From an uncultured Alphaproteobacteria bacterium (lineage in GTDB: Bacteria; Pseudomonadota; Alphaproteobacteria; CAZZKF01): 64,000 nt of DNA. Made by a program: the position numbers and the translations under genes. The stretch's first letter is position 1. Each line of letters opens with the position of its first letter. The stretch covers positions 3,113-67,112 of the forward strand of contig CAZZKF010000002.1 in assembly GCA_964654995.1 (NCBI GenBank). The letters run 5' to 3'. This document shows, piece after piece, positions 38,714 to 47,115 of this stretch. The notes beneath the pieces are model-generated. The model had not been told where the DNA came from and ran no database searches. It was given only the letters and a program-made list of their open reading frames with translations.

Positions 38714-38764
38714 GCGCGAACAAAACCTTATACAGATTTGTTATAGTTTGCGTTCGCAGATTTG
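38714..38764 (+). terminator. candidate rne terminator (imperfect stem gcgcgaacaaaac / gtttgcgttcgc + U-tract)
   Basis: Seen in sequence in AT-rich stretch after rne stop; long loop, so low confidence. Confidence 0.25.
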
Positions 38765-38883
38765 GGAATTGGCCTGCTGGTGGGCCCTGGAAAGCCCCCG
38801 GGGGCGGAGCACGAGGCGCGGCCATTGACCGGACGTGGCTGGCGCTCCTACTGTTGAAGGTTGGCGAACCGGAGTCCCCTGTC

Positions 38884-40302
38884 GTGCGCAAGATACTTGC
38901 CGTCGTGATCTCTTTCGCCCTGGTGGCCGTCTGGCCCGATACCGGGTGGAGCCAGCGGCGCGGCCTGTCGATCCTTCGCGACGCCGAGATCGAACGGGAT
39001 TTGCGGGCCTTCACCGATCCGCTGTTTGAGGCTGCCGGCATCGACAAACAGGCGGTTCGCCTGTTTCTGGTCAACGACAAGTCGATCAATGCCTTTGTCG
39101 CCGGCGGCCAGAACCTGTTCGTACATACCGGCCTGTTGATGGCGGCCAAGAAGCCGTCCGAGGTGATCGGCGTGCTTGCCCATGAAACCGGCCATATCGC
39201 CGGCGGCGACGTCAGCCGTTCCGGCCGTGCCATCCGCAGCGCCGGCACCGTTTCGATCATCTCCATGCTGGCCGGTATCGCGGCGGCGGTGGCCGGGGCG
39301 GCCAATGCCGGCGCCAGCCTGATCGCCAGCAGCGGCCAGTTCGCCCAGCGCTCCTTTCTGGCCTACAGCCGCACCCAGGAATCCCAGGCCGACCAGGCGG
39401 CTCTGAACTTCCTGCGCCGCACCAAGCAGTCGGCCAACGGATTGATTTCCTTTTTTGAGCTGCTGGCCAGCGAAGAAGCCAAGGTGACGACCAATCGCGA
39501 TCCCTATATCCGCAGCCATCCGCTCAACCGCGAACGGATTTCCAGGCTGCTGGATGCGGCCCGTCAGTCCCCTTACTGGGACGCACCGGAAAACCCGGTC
39601 TATGTCGACATGCTCAAGCGCATGCAGGCGAAGCTGCGTGGCTATCTGCTGAGCCCGCGCCAGACACTCAGCATCTATCCGCCTTCTGACAAGAGCGTCT
39701 ATGCGCGCTATGCCCGGGCCTTCGCCTACCACAAGGCGGCCCTGACCGACAAGGCGATCGCCGAGATCGATGCCATGCTCGATGATGTGCCGAACGATCC
39801 CTATTTCCTCGAGCTCAAGGGGCAGATCCTGTTCGAAAGCGGCAAGGTGAAGCGCGCCATCGAACCGTTCCGCGAGGCAGTTCGCTATGCGCCTGGCGAG
39901 ACCTTGCTGCGGGTGGGCCTGGCGCAAGCAATCATCGCCTCCGAAGATCCCGCCTATCTCGACGAGGCAATCACCCAGTTGACGGTCGCCAATCAGCGCG
40001 ATCCCTATAATTCCTTCGGCTGGTATCAGCTTGCCATCGCGTATAGCCGCAAGGGCAACAAGCCGATGGCCGATCTGGCGACGGCCGAGCGCTATCTGCT
40101 GACCGGGCGCTTTCGCGAGGCGGTGAGACTGGCCAAGCGGGCATCGACCGAAATCCCCGAAAACACCCCCGGCTGGTGGCGGGCCCAGGACATCGTTTAT
40201 CTGGCCAAGAGCGAAGCCGAAGCGAACGGCAAGCATGGCCCGGACGAGGGCGACGACAGCGACGCGCCCACTGGCGACAATGACGGAGGCCACGACGACT
40301 GA
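38884..40302 (+). CDS. M48-family zinc metalloprotease with C-terminal TPR domain (BepA/YfgC-like)
   Basis: Probable GTG start giving signal peptide (M)RKILAVVISFALVAVWPDTGWSQ; HETGH zinc motif; TPR-like C-terminal half; acidic tail. Table ORF starts earlier at 38704. Confidence 0.7.
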   Translation: MRKILAVVISFALVAVWPDTGWSQRRGLSILRDAEIERDLRAFTDPLFEAAGIDKQAVRLFLVNDKSINAFVAGGQNLFVHTGLLMAAKKPSEVIGVLAHETGHIAGGDVSRSGRAIRSAGTVSIISMLAGIAAAVAGAANAGASLIASSGQFAQRSFLAYSRTQESQADQAALNFLRRTKQSANGLISFFELLASEEAKVTTNRDPYIRSHPLNRERISRLLDAARQSPYWDAPENPVYVDMLKRMQAKLRGYLLSPRQTLSIYPPSDKSVYARYARAFAYHKAALTDKAIAEIDAMLDDVPNDPYFLELKGQILFESGKVKRAIEPFREAVRYAPGETLLRVGLAQAIIASEDPAYLDEAITQLTVANQRDPYNSFGWYQLAIAYSRKGNKPMADLATAERYLLTGRFREAVRLAKRASTEIPENTPGWWRAQDIVYLAKSEAEANGKHGPDEGDDSDAPTGDNDGGHDD

Positions 40303-41132
40303 TGACACGACACCGCAACAGACTTGCCTTTCTGGCCTTCGTTCTCGCCCTTCTGGCAAGCGTCGGAGTGGTCACCCTGGCGCTCCGGCCCGCTTCGTCG
40401 GATGGACCGGCAAAATCCGACATCGAGCGCATCGTGCACAGCTACATCGTCGAGCATCCGGAAGTCCTGCAGGAAGCCGTGGCGGTCTTGCGCGAGCGCC
40501 AGGGCCAGGAAGCTGCCCAACGGGACCGCAAACTGCTGGCGGCGCACCGCAAGGCGCTTTACGGGGATCTCGGTGCGGTGGTTACCGGCAACCCGAACGG
40601 CGACGTCACCATCATCGAATTCTTCGATTACAACTGCCCCTACTGCAAGGAAGTGTTCCCGACGCTTGAGCGCTTGCAAGCCAGCGATCCCGACATCCGC
40701 CTTGTGCTCCGCGAATTTCCGGTGTTGGCGCCAAGCTCGCTGACCGCCGCGCGGGCGGCGCTGGCGGCCGAACGGCAGGGGCTTTACGTCGAGCTGCACA
40801 ATGCCCTGATGTCGACGCCGGGGCGCCTCACCGACGAGGCGATCATGGACATCGCCCGACGCATCGGCCTGGACATGGATCGCCTGCGCGCCGACATGAA
40901 GGATCCCGCGATCGACCGGGCGATTTCCGCCAATCTGAACATCGCCCAGCAGCTCGGGCTGTCGGGTACGCCGTCATTCGTGATCGGGGACTCGATCCTG
41001 CGCGGGCTGGCCGGGATCGAAAAGTTCGAAGCCCTGGTCAAAGAGGCGCGCGCCGGCTGCGAGACCTGCGTGGTGGCCGAGCAGCAGCCCAATGGCGTCT
41101 CACCCGATGGCGCCTCAGATGAGGCCGGCTAG
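40302..41132 (+). CDS. DsbA-family thiol:disulfide oxidoreductase (CPYC)
   Basis: 276 aa; ATG overlaps upstream stop (ATGA); N-terminal anchor/signal, thioredoxin fold with [10 protein letters not shown]. Confidence 0.75.
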   Translation: MTRHRNRLAFLAFVLALLASVGVVTLALRPASSDGPAKSDIERIVHSYIVEHPEVLQEAVAVLRERQGQEAAQRDRKLLAAHRKALYGDLGAVVTGNPNGDVTIIEFFDYNCPYCKEVFPTLERLQASDPDIRLVLREFPVLAPSSLTAARAALAAERQGLYVELHNALMSTPGRLTDEAIMDIARRIGLDMDRLRADMKDPAIDRAISANLNIAQQLGLSGTPSFVIGDSILRGLAGIEKFEALVKEARAGCETCVVAEQQPNGVSPDGASDEAG

Positions 41133-42119
41133 CGGCGAGGATGGATCGGCGTATTTCTTTTTCGCCATGCGCCCGGCGAGATAGGCCAGGCGGCCGGCCT
41201 CAACCGCGTGCTTCATGGCCCGCGCCATCATCACCGGATCGCGCGCTTCGGCAATCGCGGTGTTCATCAGCACGCCGTCACAGCCCAGTTCCATCGCCAC
41301 CGCGGCATCGGACGCGGTACCGACCCCGGCATCGACGATCACCGGCACCGAGGCGGCCTCGACGATCAGGCGGATGTTCACCGGGTTCTGTATGCCCAGC
41401 CCCGAGCCGATCGGGGCCGCCAAGGGCATGATCGCGCAGCACCCCAGATCCTCGAGCCGCTTGGCAAGGATCGGATCGTCGCTGCAATAGACCATCACCT
41501 CGAAGCCGTCGCCCACCAGCATTTCGGCCGCCCGCAGGGTCTCGGTCATGTCCGGATAAAGGGTCTTCTGGTCGCCCAGGACCTCCAGCTTGACCAGCGT
41601 CCAGCCACCGCCCTCGCGGGCCAGACGCAAGGTGCGCACGGCATCTTCCGCCGTATAGCAGCCGGCGGTATTCGGCAGATAGGTGTAGCGCTCGGGATCG
41701 AGATAATCGACCAGCATCGGCTGGCCGGGCTCGGCGATATTGACCCGGCGCACGGCGACGGTGACGATGTCGGCGCCCGAGGCCTCGACGGCGCGCCGCG
41801 TTTCCTCGAAATCGCGGTATTTGCCGGTGCCGACAATGAGGCGCGAGGCGAAGCGCCGGCCGGCGACCACCAGTCTATCGTCCGCCTCGTCGCGGCGCGG
41901 GGCCGGCTCGCCATTGCCGCCGCCGATGAAATGGACGATTTCGAGCTCATCGCCGTCCTCGACCGGTGTATCGGGATACTGCGAGCGTGGCACGATCTCG
42001 CGATTGCGCTCCAGTGCAATCTTGCGTGCATCCAGCTCCAGTTTCTCGAGCAGCGCCGCAACCGTCAGCGCGTCTGGAAATTCCCGTGTCTCGCCGTTGA
42101 TCCTGACCGTAATCACCAT
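41115..42119 (-). CDS. thiG: ThiS-ThiG fusion: sulfur-carrier ThiS domain fused to thiazole synthase
   Basis: Start [14 protein letters not shown]...[10 protein letters not shown] (ThiS with C-terminal GG) followed directly by ThiG TIM-barrel (RLIVGTGKY...KLEVLGD...); upstream 54 codons of table ORF not called. Confidence 0.85.
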   Translation of the reverse strand: MVITVRINGETREFPDALTVAALLEKLELDARKIALERNREIVPRSQYPDTPVEDGDELEIVHFIGGGNGEPAPRRDEADDRLVVAGRRFASRLIVGTGKYRDFEETRRAVEASGADIVTVAVRRVNIAEPGQPMLVDYLDPERYTYLPNTAGCYTAEDAVRTLRLAREGGGWTLVKLEVLGDQKTLYPDMTETLRAAEMLVGDGFEVMVYCSDDPILAKRLEDLGCCAIMPLAAPIGSGLGIQNPVNIRLIVEAASVPVIVDAGVGTASDAAVAMELGCDGVLMNTAIAEARDPVMMARAMKHAVEAGRLAYLAGRMAKKKYADPSSPLAGLI

Positions 42120-42329
42120 GATGACCCTGTTGATGACCCTGCAAAGTCTCGTCTTCGCCCTCACCGTCCGATGGACCCCCAAGCGTAAGCGAAGTATGCT
42201 GCGCCGGGCGTTGGCTTGCAACCGCCTCATCGGACCGGCCGGAGCCCGGTTGTCGATGCCCTCGGATCGCTTCCCTAGCAAGGTGCGCCTGGTATATAAA
42301 CTGCTTTTCGATTCATAGCTGGCAGATTC

Positions 42330-42782
42330 ATGGCAAACACCCGAAAGCCGTCGATCCTGGTCCTCAACGGACCCAATCTCAACATGTTGGGACGGCGCGA
42401 ACCCGATGTCTATGGCACGATTGGCCTAGACGAGATCGAAGAGATGACCCGGACACAGGCCGTCAGCCGGGGCCTCGATGTCACCTTCAGGCAGTCCAAT
42501 CACGAAGGCGAGCTGATCGACTGGATCCAGGCCGCACCTGGCGATCACGACGTCATCGTCATCAATGCGGCCGGGCTGACGCATACGTCGATTGCGCTGT
42601 TCGATGCCCTCAAGCTCGCCGGCCTGCCGGTGATCGAGGTGCACCTGAGCAACATCTATCGCCGCGAGGCGTTCCGCCAGAATTCCTACATCAGCCGCAT
42701 CGCCCACGGTGTTATCTGCGGGTTTGGTGCGACCGGCTATCGCCTGGCGATCGAGGCGGCCGCCGACATTCTGGCGCCGTAA
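42330..42782 (+). CDS. aroQ: type II 3-dehydroquinate dehydratase
   Basis: 150 aa; [17 protein letters not shown]...HLSNIYRRE. Confidence 0.9.
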   Translation: MANTRKPSILVLNGPNLNMLGRREPDVYGTIGLDEIEEMTRTQAVSRGLDVTFRQSNHEGELIDWIQAAPGDHDVIVINAAGLTHTSIALFDALKLAGLPVIEVHLSNIYRREAFRQNSYISRIAHGVICGFGATGYRLAIEAAADILAP

Positions 42783-42798
42783 CGGGGAGAACCGGATC

Positions 42799-43260
42799 AT
42801 GGCCAAGCTGGAACTGGACAAGGAGCTGATCCGAGAGCTTGCCGCCCTGCTCGAGGAAACCGGGCTGTCCGAGATCGAGATCACCGATGAAGGCCGAAGC
42901 CTGCGGGTCTCCAGGGCCGGCACCGTCAATGCCGTCGCCGCCGCAACGCCGGCGAGCACACCTGCTGCGCCGCCCGCAACCGGCGAGGCGGCCCCGGTGG
43001 CACCCGACGCGGATCTGAGCCAGCATCCCGGCGCGGTGCTTTCGCCGATGGTCGGCACCGCCTATGTGGCGCCGGAGCCCGGCGCGCCGCCGTTCGTCAC
43101 CGTCGGCGATACGGTCAGCGAAGGCCAGCCGCTGCTCATCGTCGAGGCGATGAAGACCATGAACCAGATCCCGGCGCCGCGGTCCGGCAAGATCACCCGC
43201 ATTCTGGTCACCGACGCCCAGCCGGTGGAATATGGCGATCCGCTGATGATCATCGAGTAG
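42799..43260 (+). CDS. accB: acetyl-CoA carboxylase biotin carboxyl carrier protein
   Basis: Start MAKLELDKEL; Ala/Pro linker; biotinyl-lysine motif EAMKTMNQI. Confidence 0.9.
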   Translation: MAKLELDKELIRELAALLEETGLSEIEITDEGRSLRVSRAGTVNAVAAATPASTPAAPPATGEAAPVAPDADLSQHPGAVLSPMVGTAYVAPEPGAPPFVTVGDTVSEGQPLLIVEAMKTMNQIPAPRSGKITRILVTDAQPVEYGDPLMIIE

Positions 43261-43284
43261 GCGGGCGGTCGGGAGCCGACAGAC

Positions 43285-44631
43285 ATGTTCGAGAAGCTGC
43301 TGATCGCCAATCGCGGCGAAATTGCGCTGAGGATCCACCGGGCGTGTCGCGAGATGGGCATTCACACGGTGGCCGTCCATTCGACGGCGGACACGGATGC
43401 CATGCACGTGCGCCTCGCAGACGAAAGCGTGTGCATCGGCCCGGCAGACCCGCGCCAGAGCTATCTCAACATCCCGGCGATCATCTCCGCCGCCGAGATC
43501 ACCGACGCGGATGCCATTCATCCCGGTTACGGCTTTCTGTCGGAAAACGCCAATTTCGCCGAGATCGTCGGCGATCACGGGTTCACTTTCGTCGGTCCGC
43601 GGCCTGAGCATATCCGCCTGATGGGCGACAAGATCGCTGCCAAGACGACCATGCGCGAGCTCGGCGTGCCGGTGGTGCCGGGCTCGGACGGTCCGGTCAA
43701 GGAAGACAAGGCGGCCCGCAAAATTGCTGCCGACATCGGCTATCCGGTGCTGGTCAAGGCGGCGGCCGGCGGCGGCGGGCGCGGCATGAAGGTGGCCCGC
43801 GACGAGGGCGAGTTGGCGAATGCCCTGGCCACGGCGCGCAACGAATCCAAGGCTGCCTTTGGCGATGACACCCTCTATCTGGAAAAATATCTCGGCCGGC
43901 CCCGCCATATCGAGGTTCAGGTCGTCGCCGACGGCCAGGGCCACGCCGTCCACCTTGGCGAGCGCGACTGTTCGCTGCAACGCCGCCACCAGAAGGTGCT
44001 GGAAGAGGCGCCGTCGCCGGCGCTCAATGATGCCGACCGGCAGCGCATCGGGGATCTGGTCTCGCGCGCGATCGCCGGCATGGGTTATCTTGGTGTCGGC
44101 ACTGTCGAGTTCCTTTACGAAGACGGCGAGTTTTATTTCATCGAGATGAATACGCGCCTCCAGGTCGAACATCCGGTGACCGAAATGATCACCGGCATCG
44201 ATATCGTGCGGGAGCAGATCCGCATCGCATCGGGTGCGACGCTCACGCTCCGGCAGTCGGATATCGATTTCTCGGGCCATGCCATCGAATGCCGGATCAA
44301 TGCCGAAAACCCCGAGACCTTTGCGCCTTCGCCCGGACGGGTGCGTGACTACCATCCCCCTGGCGGGCTGGACGTACGGGTCGACTCAGCCCTTTATGCC
44401 GGTTGGACGGTGCCCCCCTATTACGACAGCCTGATCGCCAAACTGGTGGTGCGCGGGCGCAATCGCAATGAATGCCTGATGCGGCTCTCCCGGGCACTCG
44501 AGGAATTCGTCATCGGCGGTATCGAGACGACGATTCCGCTGCACCAGAGGCTGATTTCCGAGCCCGATTTCATCAACGGCGATTATGATATTCACTGGTT
44601 GGAGCGTTACCTCGAACCGGACAGCGGATGA
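43285..44631 (+). CDS. accC: acetyl-CoA carboxylase biotin carboxylase subunit
   Basis: 448 aa; [17 protein letters not shown]..., ATP-grasp. Confidence 0.95.
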   Translation: MFEKLLIANRGEIALRIHRACREMGIHTVAVHSTADTDAMHVRLADESVCIGPADPRQSYLNIPAIISAAEITDADAIHPGYGFLSENANFAEIVGDHGFTFVGPRPEHIRLMGDKIAAKTTMRELGVPVVPGSDGPVKEDKAARKIAADIGYPVLVKAAAGGGGRGMKVARDEGELANALATARNESKAAFGDDTLYLEKYLGRPRHIEVQVVADGQGHAVHLGERDCSLQRRHQKVLEEAPSPALNDADRQRIGDLVSRAIAGMGYLGVGTVEFLYEDGEFYFIEMNTRLQVEHPVTEMITGIDIVREQIRIASGATLTLRQSDIDFSGHAIECRINAENPETFAPSPGRVRDYHPPGGLDVRVDSALYAGWTVPPYYDSLIAKLVVRGRNRNECLMRLSRALEEFVIGGIETTIPLHQRLISEPDFINGDYDIHWLERYLEPDSG

Positions 44632-45284
44632 CGCCGGCGCTGACTCCTGAGATGCTGCTCAAGGCCTATGCCGCGGGCGTGTTCCCGATGGCCGAGGCCC
44701 GCGATGACCCCGAGCTGTTCTGGCTGGCCCCCAAGGCGCGCTGCCTGTTGCCGCTCGATGCCTTCCACGTTCCCCGGCGCCTGGCGCGGACCATCCGCCA
44801 GGACCGCTTCCACATCACCGTGGATGAGGATTTCGGGGCCGTCATCCGGGCCTGCGCCGAAGCCGGCGGGCGCAGCAGCAGCACCTGGATCAGCCATGTC
44901 ATCGTCGAACTTTACGAGGGGCTTTACAACCTCGGCCACGCCCACTCGGTCGAGTGCCGCAATGCCGACGGGGCGCTGGTCGGCGGGCTGTACGGTGTCT
45001 CCTTAGGCGCCGCCTTTTTTGGCGAAAGCATGTTCTCAGGTACCCGCGATGCCAGCAAGGTGGCGCTGGTGCATCTGGTGGCGCGGCTCCGGCACGGTGG
45101 CTACCGGCTGCTGGATGCCCAGTTCATGACCGAGCACCTGCGTCAGTTCGGGGCGATCGAGATCGACCGCGATGCCTACCACGCACGCCTCGCCGAAGCG
45201 GTTGCGGCCACGGCCGACTTTTATTCCCTGCCCGATTCGGTCTCGGGCAGAGGGATTTTGCAGTTGGTCACCCAGACGTCGTAG
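44628..45284 (+). CDS. aat: leucyl/phenylalanyl-tRNA--protein transferase
   Basis: 218 aa; GVFPM...[20 protein letters not shown]...GGLYGVSLG. Confidence 0.85.
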   Translation: MTPALTPEMLLKAYAAGVFPMAEARDDPELFWLAPKARCLLPLDAFHVPRRLARTIRQDRFHITVDEDFGAVIRACAEAGGRSSSTWISHVIVELYEGLYNLGHAHSVECRNADGALVGGLYGVSLGAAFFGESMFSGTRDASKVALVHLVARLRHGGYRLLDAQFMTEHLRQFGAIEIDRDAYHARLAEAVAATADFYSLPDSVSGRGILQLVTQTS

Positions 45285-45721
45285 ACCGGGTGCTCGAGGG
45301 CCGAGACCGCCGGGCTCGAAGCGAACATCCAGCCGCTGAATCGCGGCGCGGCATCTTCGCCGTCACGCACATCGCGGATTTCGAGGAAGGCTGAAACCTC
45401 GGGCGTCTCTTCCGGCGGGCGCTTGTAGCATGAACGCGCAATGATGCTCAGCGTGCCGAAGCGCACCGCCTTGTTGATCGGCGCCTCGAGAGTCGAGACC
45501 CGGGCGGTGACCTTGTCGAGCGCGCCCAGAACCGCAATCTTGTAGGGTATCTCGGTGACTTCCGCGAACTGCGGCGGATCCAGGCGGGTCTTTGCCCTGC
45601 CCTCCCCAATCGGTGCTGCCAGGCCCGTGCTGCTGGCCGCAAAACCCCAGGCAACAATCAAGATGATCGCCCTTGCCAGTCGGGCGCCCGTGAAATCTCG
45701 AATGCCGGCCCGCCCGGTCAC
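45221..45721 (-). CDS. DUF2155-like secreted protein
   Basis: 166 aa with signal peptide; conserved neighbour of MlaD/NDUFA12 in Alphaproteobacteria; 64-nt convergent overlap with aat 3' end (one of the two ends may be mis-called). Confidence 0.5.
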   Translation of the reverse strand: MTGRAGIRDFTGARLARAIILIVAWGFAASSTGLAAPIGEGRAKTRLDPPQFAEVTEIPYKIAVLGALDKVTARVSTLEAPINKAVRFGTLSIIARSCYKRPPEETPEVSAFLEIRDVRDGEDAAPRFSGWMFASSPAVSALEHPVYDVWVTNCKIPLPETESGRE

Positions 45722-46182
45722 TTCTGCTCCTCGCTGGCCGTGGCCCCGGTACTGAACAGCGCCCGGCTGACCAGCCCCATCAGATCGATCGAGCCCTGGG
45801 TGTATTGAACTTCGCTGCCGGGCTCGAGCAGGTCTTCGCTGCCGCCCGGCTCGATCGAGATATAGTTGCCGCCCAGCAGGCCTTCCGAGGCAACCTTGGC
45901 GGCCGTGTCGTCGGGCAACCGGATGTCCGAGTCGATGCTCAGCGTGACCACCGCCTCGAAGGTTTCGGGGTCGAGGCGCTGGTCGGTCACGGTGCCGATC
46001 TTGATGCCGCTCATCCGCACGTCGCTGCCCACCGACAGGCCGTCGATGCGGTCAAACCGGGCATACAGCGTGTAGCCATGGACGGTACCGATATCGGTGT
46101 TGGTATAGGCGAATGCCAGGAACCCGACCGCGACCAGAAGGACGACGGCGCCGATCACCGATTCGACCGGATTGCCACCCAT
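45718..46182 (-). CDS. MlaD/Mce-domain protein
   Basis: 154 aa; N-terminal TM, Mce domain (RFDRIDGLSVGSDVRMSGIKIGTVTD). Confidence 0.65.
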   Translation of the reverse strand: MGGNPVESVIGAVVLLVAVGFLAFAYTNTDIGTVHGYTLYARFDRIDGLSVGSDVRMSGIKIGTVTDQRLDPETFEAVVTLSIDSDIRLPDDTAAKVASEGLLGGNYISIEPGGSEDLLEPGSEVQYTQGSIDLMGLVSRALFSTGATASEEQK

Positions 46183-46252
46183 CAGACCGTGCTCCCCGAA
46201 CGTACAACTCTACCCGCTCGTGGCCGGTTACCGGCAGCCCTCTGGATCGTGT

Positions 46253-46645
46253 TTATGGCCGCCACGGTTCGTAATCGCCGACGGCGCGTGCCCGATGGCC
46301 CGATTCGTTCAGGCTGCCCGGCGGAAAATAAGCCGCCGACGTGCCGGTCAGATTCGGCACATGCGCCTTTTCCCAGGGCTTGACCTCGGGTGGCGCCACG
46401 GTTGGCGGATCGTCGACGGTGTAATGAAGCCAGGCGTGCCATTCCGGTGGAATCCGCGAGGCCTCGATCTCGCCATTGTAGATGACCCAGCGACGCCATC
46501 CCTTGCGTTCCCGATAATAGCGGTTGCCGAATTCGTCGGCCCCCACATATTCGCCTTTCAACCAGGTGTACAGGGCGGTCCCCAGGGTCCGATCATGCCA
46601 CCAGGTGAACATGTGCAAAAACCAGTTTTTCATCGCGCCCATCAC
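46253..46645 (-). CDS. NDUFA12 (B17.2)-like NADH:ubiquinone oxidoreductase accessory subunit family protein
   Basis: 130 aa; [12 protein letters not shown]...WHAWLHY motifs of NDUFA12 family. Confidence 0.8.
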   Translation of the reverse strand: MMGAMKNWFLHMFTWWHDRTLGTALYTWLKGEYVGADEFGNRYYRERKGWRRWVIYNGEIEASRIPPEWHAWLHYTVDDPPTVAPPEVKPWEKAHVPNLTGTSAAYFPPGSLNESGHRARAVGDYEPWRP

Positions 46646-46972
46646 TTGCTAGCCGGCAACAGGCGCGACTATGGCACCGGGAATGCGCCTCGTCCAGCCC
46701 GAGATGTGCCGCAACCGTCAGGTTGCGCCAGAAAGCCGCGGCCCCATGGCCACCAGATCGCCTGCTGAAGACTCGCCGGCGTTCATGCACCACCATGTCT
46801 GCCGGCGCTGTGGCGACCAGCCGGGTACAACGGCTTCAACCAATTTCTCAACACTTCTCACCTAACAACAAGATTTGGGAGACCGCCCCAAGAAATCCAC
46901 AAAATGTTGTTATTTTGCTATTGCCAAAATGGCGTTGTCGGTTCTAGACTTCGTGTCCTGTCGGGGGCATAA

Positions 46973-46988
46973 GCACAATATATTGTGC
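46973..46988. promoter_or_regulatory. NrdR box: perfect palindrome GCACAATATATTGTGC in nrdJ leader
   Basis: Matches NrdR-box consensus acaCwAtATaTwGtgt at all conserved positions; ~130 nt upstream of nrdJ ATG. Confidence 0.55.
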
Positions 46989-46996
46989 CCAGCCAC

Positions 46997-47018
46997 CACA
47001 ATCGAAAATCGCATTGTG
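46997..47018. promoter_or_regulatory. second, imperfect NrdR-like inverted repeat CACAAT-N10-ATTGTG
   Basis: Half-sites identical to box 1 but spacer expanded; centre ~27 nt from box 1. Confidence 0.25.
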
Positions 47019-47115
47019 CGAGAAAAGGTGGGGTGACCCAAGTCACCGCACGAGGGGAAGGAGTCTCTGAAACCGGTCGCAGGCAGGTGCGGCCCAGACC
47101 AGGCGGGGGTGTTTA

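Noticed and set aside
42120-42329. Possible TPP riboswitch upstream of thiS-thiG
   Set aside because: No CUGAGA / pyrimidine-sensor helix consensus on either strand.
46646-47115. Possible cobalamin riboswitch in the nrdJ leader
   Set aside because: No B12-box (rAGYCMGgAgaCCkGCC) found; the palindromes fit NrdR boxes instead, and B12-dependent NrdJ is not normally B12-riboswitch repressed.
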